Translations under genes and position numbers: made by a program
Notes under the pieces: model-generated
Seen by the model: only the letters and a program-made list of their open reading frames with translations
What the model was told of the DNA's origin: nothing
Databases searched by the model: none
Shown: piece by piece, positions 45,321-54,900 of the stretch
Layout of the letters: every line of letters begins with the position of its first letter
Numbering within the stretch: the stretch's first letter is position 1
Source: Eubacteriales bacterium
GTDB taxonomy: Bacteria > Bacillota > Clostridia > Oscillospirales > CAG-272
Length of the DNA: 64,000 nucleotides
Direction: 5' to 3'
Assembly: GCA_045632145.1 (NCBI GenBank)
Contig: JAZQWB010000030.1
Location: forward strand, 48,333 to 112,332

Positions 45321-45349
45321 TAGTATCTGTAAATAAAGGAGATTTATAC
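45321..45349 (-). promoter_or_regulatory. candidate forespore (sigma-G/F type) promoter of spoVT: GTATA-17-GATACTA
   Basis: The minus strand reads gtata aatctcctttatttaca gatacta, compared with the remembered consensus GHATR-17/18-CATXHTA. Confidence 0.45.
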
Positions 45350-45361
45350 TTTTAATTAGAT

Positions 45362-46444
45362 TTAGGATGTAAAATTAATTCCGGATTGTCTTGATGAGGG
45401 AATAATTGAAATGTAACTATTGCCTCTGTTTATGATTAGATCATTATCATCAAAAGTAGTAAATTTTATTGTTCCGTTTTGGTCTATTGACCATTTTATC
45501 CTTTCGTATGTGCCACCTGTCAGGCAAAGGCCTTCGCCGTTGCCAATCGTATCCATAACAAGATGTTGTCCGCTGGATCTATCATATATCGTAGAATCGG
45601 CAAATAAAATAAAGCAGTTTGTAAAACCTAGACTTTTATTACTTGATTGATCGATTACTGTAGCGCCGTTTTTGATATATGTGTACGTACCGACCGAAGC
45701 ATCAAATTTTAGCTGTATATATGAGTTATCCGATATTCCGACACTTACATTCCATGCCTTGTTATTAAATTCTACCTTGCTATCGGTAAAGCAAAAAGGT
45801 ATTACTTTGCTACTGTCTACATCCGTATTTATTCCACAGTCATTAATGGCCGATAAAAGCAGGTTGGAGTTAGTAAAAATCTTGCTTGATTGTTCGGTAT
45901 AATGATAATCATTTTTGATAGATAAATCAACCGATTGATTTGTTATGTCGCAGTTATCATAAATGATCATATCATCGCATTCGCTGTATATTCCAATACC
46001 ACCGAAGGCTTTTATAACGTTATTTATGTATCCTCGAGTGTGTGTTATTGAACCAACTTTCCATAAGTCCTCTTGATTACTTATAAAAGCAACATACCTG
46101 GTTTTACCGTTTTCTATAGGTATTTCAACTAGCAAATCAGCGCCGGATATACCGTAGGTTGAATTTTCATTATCCATAACAAATGCAAGCGGACGGCTAT
46201 TTGCATTAGCCTCGACCGTTTCTAACCCGGTCAAATAACTATAGAATTTTGGAAGGGAGCTTGTCTCTTTATCAGGTAATAAAGTGTCTGTTTTACTGTT
46301 GTTGACAGACTCGCCTTCTGCAAGATTTTCCTTATTTGATGCCTGCCAACCGTCAACAGTAAGCCCAAAAGTGCATATTAAAGTCGTTGCGGTGAGAAAA
46401 AAAGCAATCAGCCTAACGTGATTGCTTGTTTTTTTATTATTCAT
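45362..46444 (-). CDS. DUF3048 (YerB-like) extracytoplasmic protein
   Basis: N-terminal anchor; RPLAFVMDNENSTYGISGADLLVEIPIENGKTRYVAF resembles the DUF3048 core. Confidence 0.65.
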   Translation of the reverse strand: MNNKKTSNHVRLIAFFLTATTLICTFGLTVDGWQASNKENLAEGESVNNSKTDTLLPDKETSSLPKFYSYLTGLETVEANANSRPLAFVMDNENSTYGISGADLLVEIPIENGKTRYVAFISNQEDLWKVGSITHTRGYINNVIKAFGGIGIYSECDDMIIYDNCDITNQSVDLSIKNDYHYTEQSSKIFTNSNLLLSAINDCGINTDVDSSKVIPFCFTDSKVEFNNKAWNVSVGISDNSYIQLKFDASVGTYTYIKNGATVIDQSSNKSLGFTNCFILFADSTIYDRSSGQHLVMDTIGNGEGLCLTGGTYERIKWSIDQNGTIKFTTFDDNDLIINRGNSYISIIPSSRQSGINFTS

Positions 46445-46490
46445 TTTTTACCTCCTTACGCACCCAAGGTGCGCACGTTAACCTTCAAAG

Positions 46491-46784
46491 TTAATCCTTG
46501 TCATTATAACGGAGCCATGCTTCTGCAAATTCAAAAGCCTCCGCAAGTCCGTTGGTAATTTTCTGCTTTTCAGGCTTCTTGGTAGCGCTGTCAAGCAGCT
46601 GAACCATAATAGTGCCGGGGATAGTTGCGTCACCCTTAGGAGACTTCTTGTCCGACATTATCATCATATAAACGTAATATTTTTCTGACAGATCACCGTA
46701 GAAAATATCGTCGCCCTGGCGTACGAGGGGCTTGCCTTTGTATTCAACAAACTCATCAATATTTACGCCTTCAAAGTTTAACAT
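46491..46784 (-). CDS. 97-aa hypothetical protein
   Basis: AAAGGAG RBS and its own promoter. No motif recognised. Confidence 0.7.
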   Translation of the reverse strand: MLNFEGVNIDEFVEYKGKPLVRQGDDIFYGDLSEKYYVYMMIMSDKKSPKGDATIPGTIMVQLLDSATKKPEKQKITNGLAEAFEFAEAWLRYNDKD

Positions 46785-46843
46785 AAGATTATACTCCTTT
46801 CAAATTATTTAGAAATGACGGCTATTCTGTCCACCTCGATACT

Positions 46844-46872
46844 ATATTAACAGTATTTATGTAGCTTGTAAA
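46844..46872 (-). promoter_or_regulatory. candidate sigma-A promoter (TTTACA-17-TAATAT) for the 97-aa gene and DUF3048 gene
   Basis: The minus strand reads tttaca agctacataaatactgt taatat. Confidence 0.45.
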
Positions 46873-46916
46873 TATATTCGACAAAGGTCGACCGAGTGAA
46901 CATTTCGCGAAAAGAA

Positions 46917-48134
46917 CTATTCCTTTACATAAGGAGTGAAGGTTAGTGCAAATCTGCCCGAATCTGCCTTTTTAAGAGTTAATGCGTATACCGCATCGGC
47001 TCTGTTTGACAGCTCCTTTTGACGTATTACCTCATCATCCATATCCTTGTAGGAGGAGGGCTTGGTAATAACAGGGAAGTCACTAATCTTCTTGATTTCT
47101 TTTAACGCAGCTCGCCCCACAGAATCCATAGCAAGAACCTGTGTGTAAGATGGCATAGTGCGTATATCGGAGGAGGTAACGCCGAAATAGCTATTCCATA
47201 TTGCACGTCTTATTCTTGCTGTGGTGTACTTCTTTGTTTCGGTGCGTTTCGTCAAGTTAGAAATGCTTGTTGCTTCTGCGCTCATTTCGCAGAGGCGATT
47301 ATATAAACCTCCCGCAGCATCGTGAATATCCACGTCAGCCTTGGTGGAGTTTAATCTGAAGAATGAAATCAAAGCCAAGTCAAGCTTTGATATGTCGGAA
47401 GGCATTTTGCCTTCATCAATTGCTTTTTGATAAACGATTTTTGCGTTATCAGGTACAAAATCAAGGGCAGAAATATTTCCGTCTGCAATTTCTTCTCTTA
47501 TAGCAGATGCACTCTGGAATTCTGCCATAGGGTTAATAACGTCAAGATAGCCCGCCCCCTCGCGACGTATTGTAAGAGGAGAAATGCTGCTACCAAGAGA
47601 CATTAATGCCTTGATATACTCAATTCCAAGTATATTGTTGGGGGAGAAAAACTCTCTTGAAATCTTCTTGCCATAAATATCCGAGAGTGCCTTTTCGCAA
47701 AGCTCGGGATAGCCTGCATCACGATACTCGGGGTCACCCTTTAAGGTGTCGAGGCAGAGCTGATACTCGGTGGAGAGCATAATAGATGCAATATCCGAAA
47801 GCTCTCTTATATCGCCGCTCTCGCTACCGAAAGCGAGGTAATCTACTACACCAATCGCATTTGCTATATAAACACCCGACTTGGCAAAAAACTCGGCGCT
47901 GGACATAGAGTAGGGGAAAGGAAGCTCGAGCACAAGGTTAACACCGCAATCAACGGCAGATTTTGCTCTTACTGTTTTGTCTGCAACGGCAATTTCGCCA
48001 CGCTGAGTAAAGTTTCCACTCATAATAGCAATTACGACGGTATCCTCACCAAGCAAATCGCGAATTTTATCTACCTGATACTTATGTCCGTTATGAAAAG
48101 GATTGTATTCGGTAATAATTGCAGCAACCTTCAT
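46917..48134 (-). CDS. tmcAL: tRNA(Met) cytidine acetate ligase (YlbM/TmcAL family nucleotidyltransferase)
   Basis: MKVAAIITEYNPFHNGHKYQVDKIR...IMSGNFTQRGE...LELPF..SMSSAEFFA closely parallels B. subtilis YlbM. Confidence 0.88.
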   Translation of the reverse strand: MKVAAIITEYNPFHNGHKYQVDKIRDLLGEDTVVIAIMSGNFTQRGEIAVADKTVRAKSAVDCGVNLVLELPFPYSMSSAEFFAKSGVYIANAIGVVDYLAFGSESGDIRELSDIASIMLSTEYQLCLDTLKGDPEYRDAGYPELCEKALSDIYGKKISREFFSPNNILGIEYIKALMSLGSSISPLTIRREGAGYLDVINPMAEFQSASAIREEIADGNISALDFVPDNAKIVYQKAIDEGKMPSDISKLDLALISFFRLNSTKADVDIHDAAGGLYNRLCEMSAEATSISNLTKRTETKKYTTARIRRAIWNSYFGVTSSDIRTMPSYTQVLAMDSVGRAALKEIKKISDFPVITKPSSYKDMDDEVIRQKELSNRADAVYALTLKKADSGRFALTFTPYVKE

Positions 48135-48165
48135 AGCTTTATCCTTTCAAAAATTTTAAAAACAG

Positions 48166-48194
48166 TTGAATATTTGAAACAAATGATGTATAAT
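48166..48194 (+). promoter_or_regulatory. sigma-A promoter of ackA (TTGAAT-17-TATAAT)
   Basis: ttgaat atttgaaacaaatgatg tataat. Confidence 0.6.
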
Positions 48195-48233
48195 AGATGT
48201 GTTAAACAAAAAAGATTGGAGTTTTTCTAAAAA

Positions 48234-49436
48234 ATGAAAGTTCTTGTTATCAATGCAGGCTCAAGCTCGCTGAAATATCAGCTTATGGATACCGAGAGCG
48301 AGGCTGTTCTTGCAAAGGGCGTGTGCGAAAGAATCGGAATCGACGGTAGAATAGTACACAAGGTACCCGGCAAGCCTAATTATGCTAAGGAATATGCTAT
48401 GCCTGACCACTCGGTTGCGATGAGCCTTCTTGTTGCAACACTTATTGATGCTGAGGTAGGCTGCATCAGCTCTATCGGCGATATTGATGCAGTTGGTCAC
48501 CGTATCGTGCACGGCGGACAGCATTTCACCGATTCTGTTCTTCTTACCGATGAGGTACTTAAGGAGTTTGAAAAGTGCATCGTTTACGCTCCTCTTCACA
48601 ATCCTGCTCACCTTATGGGTATCAAGGGATGTCTTGATGCTATGCCTAACGTACCTCAGGTGCTTGTATTTGATACAGCATTCCACCAGACAATGGCCAA
48701 AGAGGTTTACACCTACGGTGTATCCTACGATATGTACGAGGAATACGGAATCCGTCGTTACGGTATGCACGGCAGCTCTCATAGATTTGTATCAGGCGAG
48801 ATGATTAATATCCTCGGTGGTAAGGCTGAGGGCACAAGGATTGTTACCTGTCACATCGGAAACGGCTCGTCCATCACAGCTATCAAGGATGGAAAATGTG
48901 TTGATACCTCGATGGGCTTCACTCCTCTTGACGGTGTAATTATGGGTACCAGATGCGGAGCTATCGACCCTGCGATCGTTCCTTTCATTATGGAAAAGAA
49001 GGGATATACTCCTGCAGAGATGGATAATTATATGAACAAGCAGTGCGGTTTTGCAGGCATTGGCGGAGTTGGATCCGACTCTCGTGACGTTGAAAAGGCT
49101 ATGCTTGAGGGCAACGAAAGAGCAAAGCTTGCTTTCGATATGCTTTCTTACCAGATCAAGAAGTACATTGGCTCCTACTCGGCTGCTATGGGCGGTCTTG
49201 ACGCCATCGTATTTACCGCAGGCATTGGTGAGCACACTCCTTACATCAGAGAGCATGCACTTTCCGGTCTTGAGTATCTTGGTGTAAAGCTCGACCTTGA
49301 AAGAAACACCTTTGAGCATTCTAACGATCCTGTAAAGCTTTCTGCAGATGACTCCAGGGTTCAGGTATATATGATACCCACTAACGAGGAGCTTGTAATC
49401 GCAAGGGATACCGCTAGAATCGTTTCTTCACTTTAA
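48234..49436 (+). CDS. ackA: acetate kinase
   Basis: MKVLVINAGSSSLKYQL; GHRIVHGG; YAPLHNPA; RRYGMHGSSH; HIGNGSS; IPTNEELVIA. Confidence 0.96.
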   Translation: MKVLVINAGSSSLKYQLMDTESEAVLAKGVCERIGIDGRIVHKVPGKPNYAKEYAMPDHSVAMSLLVATLIDAEVGCISSIGDIDAVGHRIVHGGQHFTDSVLLTDEVLKEFEKCIVYAPLHNPAHLMGIKGCLDAMPNVPQVLVFDTAFHQTMAKEVYTYGVSYDMYEEYGIRRYGMHGSSHRFVSGEMINILGGKAEGTRIVTCHIGNGSSITAIKDGKCVDTSMGFTPLDGVIMGTRCGAIDPAIVPFIMEKKGYTPAEMDNYMNKQCGFAGIGGVGSDSRDVEKAMLEGNERAKLAFDMLSYQIKKYIGSYSAAMGGLDAIVFTAGIGEHTPYIREHALSGLEYLGVKLDLERNTFEHSNDPVKLSADDSRVQVYMIPTNEELVIARDTARIVSSL

Positions 49437-49444
49437 TAACGTTG

Positions 49445-49475
49445 AAAGGCACGCACAGAGCGTGCCTTTTATTAT
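49445..49475 (+). terminator. rho-independent terminator of ackA
   Basis: aaaggcacgc-acaga-gcgtgccttt followed by tattatttt. Confidence 0.8.
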
Positions 49476-49521
49476 TTTATCATAATAATATCGATAAGTC
49501 AATAAAAGTAGGGAAATAATC

Positions 49522-50580
49522 TTAAATTTGAAGAATATTCTCTATTTCCTTGATTTTTTTATCGAATATTACATCGTTGTTACTGAAATCCATAGCCACA
49601 CCGTATATCTCCTCTAGCTTAAAGTGAAGGTCGGATGCGATAGCAAACCATCTTTCAGCCTCCTCAAGAGCCTCCTTTCGCATTTCCTTAGCACGTCTTA
49701 TTCTTTCTGTGTGGAGCTTATCGTTCTTAAAAAATCTGGACAAATCTATCTCTCCAAAATCGGATTTTATAAGTGTGGTTTTTGAGTCAGGGAAGTACAT
49801 TCCCTCACAGAAAGACGGGTTAAATGGAGAAAGAAAGCTATCGAAGCTTAAGCTCTTTAAAAGTGCATATTGATGGATTATATCAATGAAAATTTCAGAG
49901 GAATATTCGTCACCGTAGACCCTAATTGTGTGACCTTGAGTTGTTTCATTTTCATCAATTTTGTATCTTCCGTATCTTCCAAAGGAGGATATAAAATATT
50001 CTTCATGTGAAGCTGTGTTTGACGAAGGAATGCTCGATAAAATCTCTTCTGCCTTAATTTTTGCTTCATTTATAATAAAAACGCTTTTATATCCATCTGC
50101 AATAAAATTGTATGCCGAACCTGCAATTCTAAGGTAAGAGTAGGCTGTTTTGTAGGCATTTTTCTTCTCCTCGTTCAATTCGAGAATATCCTTTTTCCTA
50201 GCGATTAGCCATGGCAGGTCGAAGCCTGAAGCGAGGTCGATTATCTCATCAATCGCACCCGGTATATTAGCGTCTCTTTCGTGTGGGGCTGTGCCGTCAA
50301 TAATTGCAATTTTTTTATCACAATTCTTGGCAATAACACCGTCCAAGGATTTAGGGTCGGATGAGCAATATATTTCATCAACATCGCATCTTTTATCCTT
50401 TAGATGAGAGGCTATTTTTTTCATTAAGCTGCTTTTTCCTGTGCCAGGTCCACCCTTTAGCAGATAAATTCGGTTAAAATCTTCGGATTTAAAAACCTTG
50501 TCAAACAGGCTCACAAACCCGTTATAGCTATTCGCAGCCGCAAAATATTTGCGGTTCCTTGGATTCTTGGATTCACACAT
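49522..50580 (-). CDS. P-loop NTPase of unknown function (resembles the PRK06851-type family from memory)
   Basis: YLLKGGPGTGKSSLMKKIA; CSSDPKSLDGV; IIDGTAPHERD (Walker B-like); monocistronic. Confidence 0.6.
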   Translation of the reverse strand: MCESKNPRNRKYFAAANSYNGFVSLFDKVFKSEDFNRIYLLKGGPGTGKSSLMKKIASHLKDKRCDVDEIYCSSDPKSLDGVIAKNCDKKIAIIDGTAPHERDANIPGAIDEIIDLASGFDLPWLIARKKDILELNEEKKNAYKTAYSYLRIAGSAYNFIADGYKSVFIINEAKIKAEEILSSIPSSNTASHEEYFISSFGRYGRYKIDENETTQGHTIRVYGDEYSSEIFIDIIHQYALLKSLSFDSFLSPFNPSFCEGMYFPDSKTTLIKSDFGEIDLSRFFKNDKLHTERIRRAKEMRKEALEEAERWFAIASDLHFKLEEIYGVAMDFSNNDVIFDKKIKEIENILQI

Positions 50581-50635
50581 TATTCGATTTCTCCTTAAAA
50601 GTTTATATATTTTGTAAACTAAGGCTACAAAAATC

Positions 50636-50665
50636 TTGACATTTACTATTATTTTATTGTATAAT
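50636..50665 (+). promoter_or_regulatory. sigma-A promoter of coaE (TTGACA-18-TATAAT)
   Basis: ttgaca tttactattattttattg tataat. Confidence 0.55.
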
Positions 50666-50689
50666 ATTTTATCGGAGGAATATACACAT

Positions 50690-51295
50690 ATGAAGGTAAT
50701 TGGACTTTGTGGGGGAAGCGGAAGCGGTAAAGCTGCCGTTTCGGCCTTGTTTTTAAAGCAGGGTATACCCTCAATTGATACAGACGCAATTTATCGCCAG
50801 CTTACATCAAAAGACGGCTCATGCCTTAGGGCATTGTCCCTGGAATTCGGTGAAGAAATTATATCCACCGACGGCTCTCTTAATCGTAAAGCATTAAGCA
50901 AAATTGTTTTTACCGGTGACGGTGCAAAATCAAGACTCACGAGACTTAATGAAATCTCGCACAAATTCATCCTTGATGAAGCGAGAGCCAGGCTGACCGA
51001 ATATCAAAAGCAAGGTGTAAAGGCTGCTATAGTAGATGCCCCGGTGCTTTTTGAGTCGGGATTCAATACCGAGTGCGACGTAATCGTTGCTGTTTTGGCC
51101 GATAAAGAGGTCAGGGTAAATAGAATTATGCTTCGAGACGGAATAGATAGGGAATCCGCTATTTCAAGAATTGATTCTCAGCTTACCGATGAGTGGCTTG
51201 CGTCCCATGCCGATTATGTGATAGAAAACAACTCCGATCTTGCCGCCTTGGAAAACAGGGTTTGCGAGGTCGCAAGACTTATTTTGAATAATTAA
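50690..51295 (+). CDS. coaE: dephospho-CoA kinase
   Basis: MKVIGLCGGSGSGKAAV...IDTDAIYRQL...DAPVLFESG. The start at 50690 follows GGAGG. Confidence 0.9.
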   Translation: MKVIGLCGGSGSGKAAVSALFLKQGIPSIDTDAIYRQLTSKDGSCLRALSLEFGEEIISTDGSLNRKALSKIVFTGDGAKSRLTRLNEISHKFILDEARARLTEYQKQGVKAAIVDAPVLFESGFNTECDVIVAVLADKEVRVNRIMLRDGIDRESAISRIDSQLTDEWLASHADYVIENNSDLAALENRVCEVARLILNN

Positions 51296-51313
51296 ACGAA
51301 AGGTGATAATACA

Positions 51314-52714
51314 ATGAGCGAAAAAACTATTGGACAGGAAATGCTTGATAAGCTTTCCTACAAAAAGAGAAACATTTACGAGGAGGCAACTCCCGAGAAG
51401 ATCAAGGCGATCTATGACTACGCAGAGGGCTATAAGACCTTCCTTGATAATTCCAAGACCGAGCGCGAGGCTACCGAAACAGCTATTGAGATGGCTAAGA
51501 AAAACGGCTTTACCGAGTACAAGCTTGGTGATAAGCTTGCAAAGGGTGACAAGAAGTATCTTAACCAGCATGGCAAGAGCCTTATTCTTTTCAAGGTTGG
51601 TGAGAAGGATCTTGAGACCGACGGTATCAGAATCATTGCTGCACATATCGACTCTCCCAGACTTGATCTCAAGCAGGTTCCTATGTACGAGGACAGCGGT
51701 ATGGCATTCCTCAAGACCCACTACTACGGTGGTGTAAAGAAGTATCAGTGGACATCCATTCCTCTCGCCCTTCATGGCGTAATGATCAAGGCGGACGGTG
51801 AGTCTGTTAAGGTTTCTATCGGTGAGGATGATGGAGATCCTATCTTCTATATCAATGATCTTCTTCCTCATCTTGGTGCAAAGCAGTCTCAGGAGCCTCT
51901 TGGCACCGCTATCAGCGGCGAGACCCTTAATATCCTTATCGGTGGTCTTCCTTATGATGACAAGGAGGTTTCCGACAAGATTAAGCTTACCGCACTTTCT
52001 ATCCTTCACGATAAGTACGGTGTAACAGAGGAGGACTTCATCTCCGCAGAGCTTTCTCTCGTTCCTGCATTTAAGGCACGTGACATCGGCTTTGACAGAG
52101 CACTTATCGCTTCCTACGGCCACGATGACAGAGTGTGTGCATATCCTGCTGTAACCGCACTTATTGACAACGCAGATACCAAGGAGACCGTTATGATCGT
52201 TCTCGCAGATAAGGAGGAGGTTGGCTCTGTTGGCATTACAGGTATGCAGTCAGAGTTCCTTGTAGACCTTATGGCCGAGATCTCTACCTCCCTTGGTAAG
52301 AATCCTATCGTTGTTAGATCTAAGAGCAAGTGCCTTAGCGCAGACGTTACCGCTTGCTTCGATCCTAACTTTGCAGAGGTTTATGAAAAGAGAAACAGTG
52401 CGCTTATCTCCTGCGGTACTGCGATGAGCAAGTACACAGGCTCCAGAGGTAAGTCCGGCACCAGCGATGCTACCGCAGAGCTTGTTGGCTTTGTTCGTAA
52501 GCTTTTCGCAGAGAACGGTGTTATCTGGCAGACAGGTGAGCTTGGTAGAGTTGATATGGGTGGCGGCGGAACCGTTGCTATGTACATTGCAAACCACAAC
52601 ATCGAGACCGTTGATATCGGTGTACCCGTAATCTCTATGCATGCACCTTATGAGGTTGTATCCAAGGCTGACGTATATTCTACCTACGAGGCATTCTGCG
52701 CATTTGTAAAATAG
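51314..52714 (+). CDS. M18 family aminopeptidase
   Basis: IIAAHIDSPRLDLKQ; HYYGGVKKYQW; DKEEVGS; ISMHAPYE. Confidence 0.88.
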   Translation: MSEKTIGQEMLDKLSYKKRNIYEEATPEKIKAIYDYAEGYKTFLDNSKTEREATETAIEMAKKNGFTEYKLGDKLAKGDKKYLNQHGKSLILFKVGEKDLETDGIRIIAAHIDSPRLDLKQVPMYEDSGMAFLKTHYYGGVKKYQWTSIPLALHGVMIKADGESVKVSIGEDDGDPIFYINDLLPHLGAKQSQEPLGTAISGETLNILIGGLPYDDKEVSDKIKLTALSILHDKYGVTEEDFISAELSLVPAFKARDIGFDRALIASYGHDDRVCAYPAVTALIDNADTKETVMIVLADKEEVGSVGITGMQSEFLVDLMAEISTSLGKNPIVVRSKSKCLSADVTACFDPNFAEVYEKRNSALISCGTAMSKYTGSRGKSGTSDATAELVGFVRKLFAENGVIWQTGELGRVDMGGGGTVAMYIANHNIETVDIGVPVISMHAPYEVVSKADVYSTYEAFCAFVK

Positions 52715-52760
52715 TTGTTATTTCTCAAAATATGAAAAAAACATTTTTTGAGGTGTAATA

Positions 52761-53843
52761 ATGATTTTTAGTAAATTACAAAAGGCTGACGATCGATACA
52801 GGGAGATAGAGCAGATGATGACTCTCCCTGAGATCGTCGGAAACAATAAAAGATATGCCGAGCTCATCAAGGAGTATAAATCTCTTGAGCCTATTATTGA
52901 AAAGTTCAGAGAGTATAAAGAGGCAGATCGTATCTTCCGCGAGGCAGAGGAAATGATGCGCGAGTCAGGTCTTGACCCCGAGCTTCGCGACCTTGCAGAA
53001 GAAGAATATAAGGAATATAAGGTTATCCTTGAAAGGCTGACGGAGGAGATTAAAATCCTCCTGATGCCCAAGGATCCTAATGATTTGAGAAACGTTATTG
53101 TAGAAATAAGACAGGGAGCCGGCGGCGAAGAGGCGGCTCTTTTTGGCGCGGACCTTTACCGTATGTACTCTATGTATGCGACCGCCAGACGCTTTAAGAC
53201 CGAGGTTGTAAGCATCAATGAAACAGAGCTTGGCGGTATCAAGGAAATCAGCTTTAACGTAATAGGTGAGGGTGCTTACTCCAGATTTAAGTTTGAGAGC
53301 GGTGTTCATCGCGTACAGCGTATTCCTGTTACCGAGTCAAACGGCAGAATTCAGACGTCTACCGTTACGGTTGCCGTTTTACCCGAGGCCGAGGACGTTG
53401 AGGTAGAGGTTAATCCTGCAGACCTTAAGTTTGAGTCCTGTAAGTCAAGCGGTGCGGGCGGTCAGCATATTAATAAGACCGAGTCCGCCGTGCGTCTTAC
53501 TCACAAGCCTACAGGTATTGTTATTGAGTGCGATCAGGAGAGAAGCCAGCTTCAGAATAAGGAAAAGGCCCTTAAGCTTCTTTACACCAAGCTTTATGAT
53601 ATGAAGCTTCGTGCACAGGAGGAGGCTATTGCATCAACAAGAAAGAGTCAGGTTGGTAGCGGTGACCGTAGCGAGAAGATCAGAACCTATAATTTCCCTC
53701 AGTCACGTGTTACCGATCATAGAATCAACAAGACTATTTATTCGCTTGGAGCTTTCCTTAACGGAGATATAGACTGTATTGTTGATGATCTTATCGCAGC
53801 AGACACAGCCGAGCGCTTGAAGGGAGAACAGAATGGAAACTAA
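52761..53843 (+). CDS. prfA: peptide chain release factor 1
   Basis: RIPVTES (PxT tripeptide); SGAGGQHINKTESAVRLTHKPTG. Confidence 0.95.
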   Translation: MIFSKLQKADDRYREIEQMMTLPEIVGNNKRYAELIKEYKSLEPIIEKFREYKEADRIFREAEEMMRESGLDPELRDLAEEEYKEYKVILERLTEEIKILLMPKDPNDLRNVIVEIRQGAGGEEAALFGADLYRMYSMYATARRFKTEVVSINETELGGIKEISFNVIGEGAYSRFKFESGVHRVQRIPVTESNGRIQTSTVTVAVLPEAEDVEVEVNPADLKFESCKSSGAGGQHINKTESAVRLTHKPTGIVIECDQERSQLQNKEKALKLLYTKLYDMKLRAQEEAIASTRKSQVGSGDRSEKIRTYNFPQSRVTDHRINKTIYSLGAFLNGDIDCIVDDLIAADTAERLKGEQNGN

Positions 53844-54900
53844 AATTATCCGCGTTTCTCCCGATAATGTAGAAATATCAATTAACGATATAAAAACCGC
53901 GGCAGAAATTATCATTTCTGGCGGACTCGTTGCGTTTCCTACCGAAACCGTTTACGGACTTGGCGGTGATGCGACCAGCCCCGATGCCGCACTTAAAATA
54001 TATTCTGCCAAGGGCAGACCCTCGGATAATCCTTTGATCATTCACATTTCAAGACCCGAGGAAGCAGAGGATTATACCTTTACAAACGAGATTTATTATA
54101 GGCTTGCTGAAAGATTTATGCCCGGTCCTCTTACCGTTGTTATGAGGGCCAAGGACAGCGTTCCTAAGGAAACTCGCGGCGGCTTATCTACCGTAGCTGT
54201 AAGATGTCCCTCGAATCAGGTTGCAAGAAAGCTCATCGAGCTTTCAGGAAGACCAATTGCAGCCCCCTCTGCTAATCTTTCGGGCAGTCCTTCTCCCACG
54301 AATGCAGACCACGTTATAGATGATATGCAGGGAAGAATAGAAATGATAATTGACGGTGGCGGATGTGAAATAGGTCTCGAGTCGACAATTGTCAAAATTG
54401 AGGACGACGGTAGTCTCACGCTCCTTCGTCCCGGTAAAATTACAATAGACGAGCTTGCTTGTATAGCACCTGTATCTATTGCAGATGCGGTAACCGATAT
54501 GCTTAAGGAAGGTCAGGTTGTTTTGTCTCCCGGTATGAAGTACCGTCACTATGCACCCTCGTCTCCTGTTGTACTTCTTGATGGCGATTTGGATGATGTT
54601 ATCTCGTTCATTATTGACGAGGACCTTGAAAAGACGGCTATACTGTGTTATACAGACGATAAGCCTTCTTTAAGAAATGCTATCCCCAATGCTGATATTT
54701 ACGTTCTTGGTGAAAGAGAAAATATCAACGAGCAGGCTAAATCTCTGTTCTCGGTGCTTCGTGACACAGACAAGCATAGCTATGATAGAATTTACGCACC
54801 TCTTCCTACCAAGGAGGGTGTTGGACTTGCATTATACAATAGAATGATTCGTGCTGCGGCACACACAATAATCGATTTAAGGAAGGGAAGAAATGGCTAA
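53833..54900 (+). CDS. tsaC: L-threonylcarbamoyladenylate synthase (Sua5/YwlC/TsaC, long form)
   Basis: GGLVAFPTETVYGLGGDA; KGRPSDNPLIIHI; APSANLSGSPSPT; plus a C-terminal Sua5 domain. Confidence 0.92.
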   Translation: METKIIRVSPDNVEISINDIKTAAEIIISGGLVAFPTETVYGLGGDATSPDAALKIYSAKGRPSDNPLIIHISRPEEAEDYTFTNEIYYRLAERFMPGPLTVVMRAKDSVPKETRGGLSTVAVRCPSNQVARKLIELSGRPIAAPSANLSGSPSPTNADHVIDDMQGRIEMIIDGGGCEIGLESTIVKIEDDGSLTLLRPGKITIDELACIAPVSIADAVTDMLKEGQVVLSPGMKYRHYAPSSPVVLLDGDLDDVISFIIDEDLEKTAILCYTDDKPSLRNAIPNADIYVLGERENINEQAKSLFSVLRDTDKHSYDRIYAPLPTKEGVGLALYNRMIRAAAHTIIDLRKGRNG

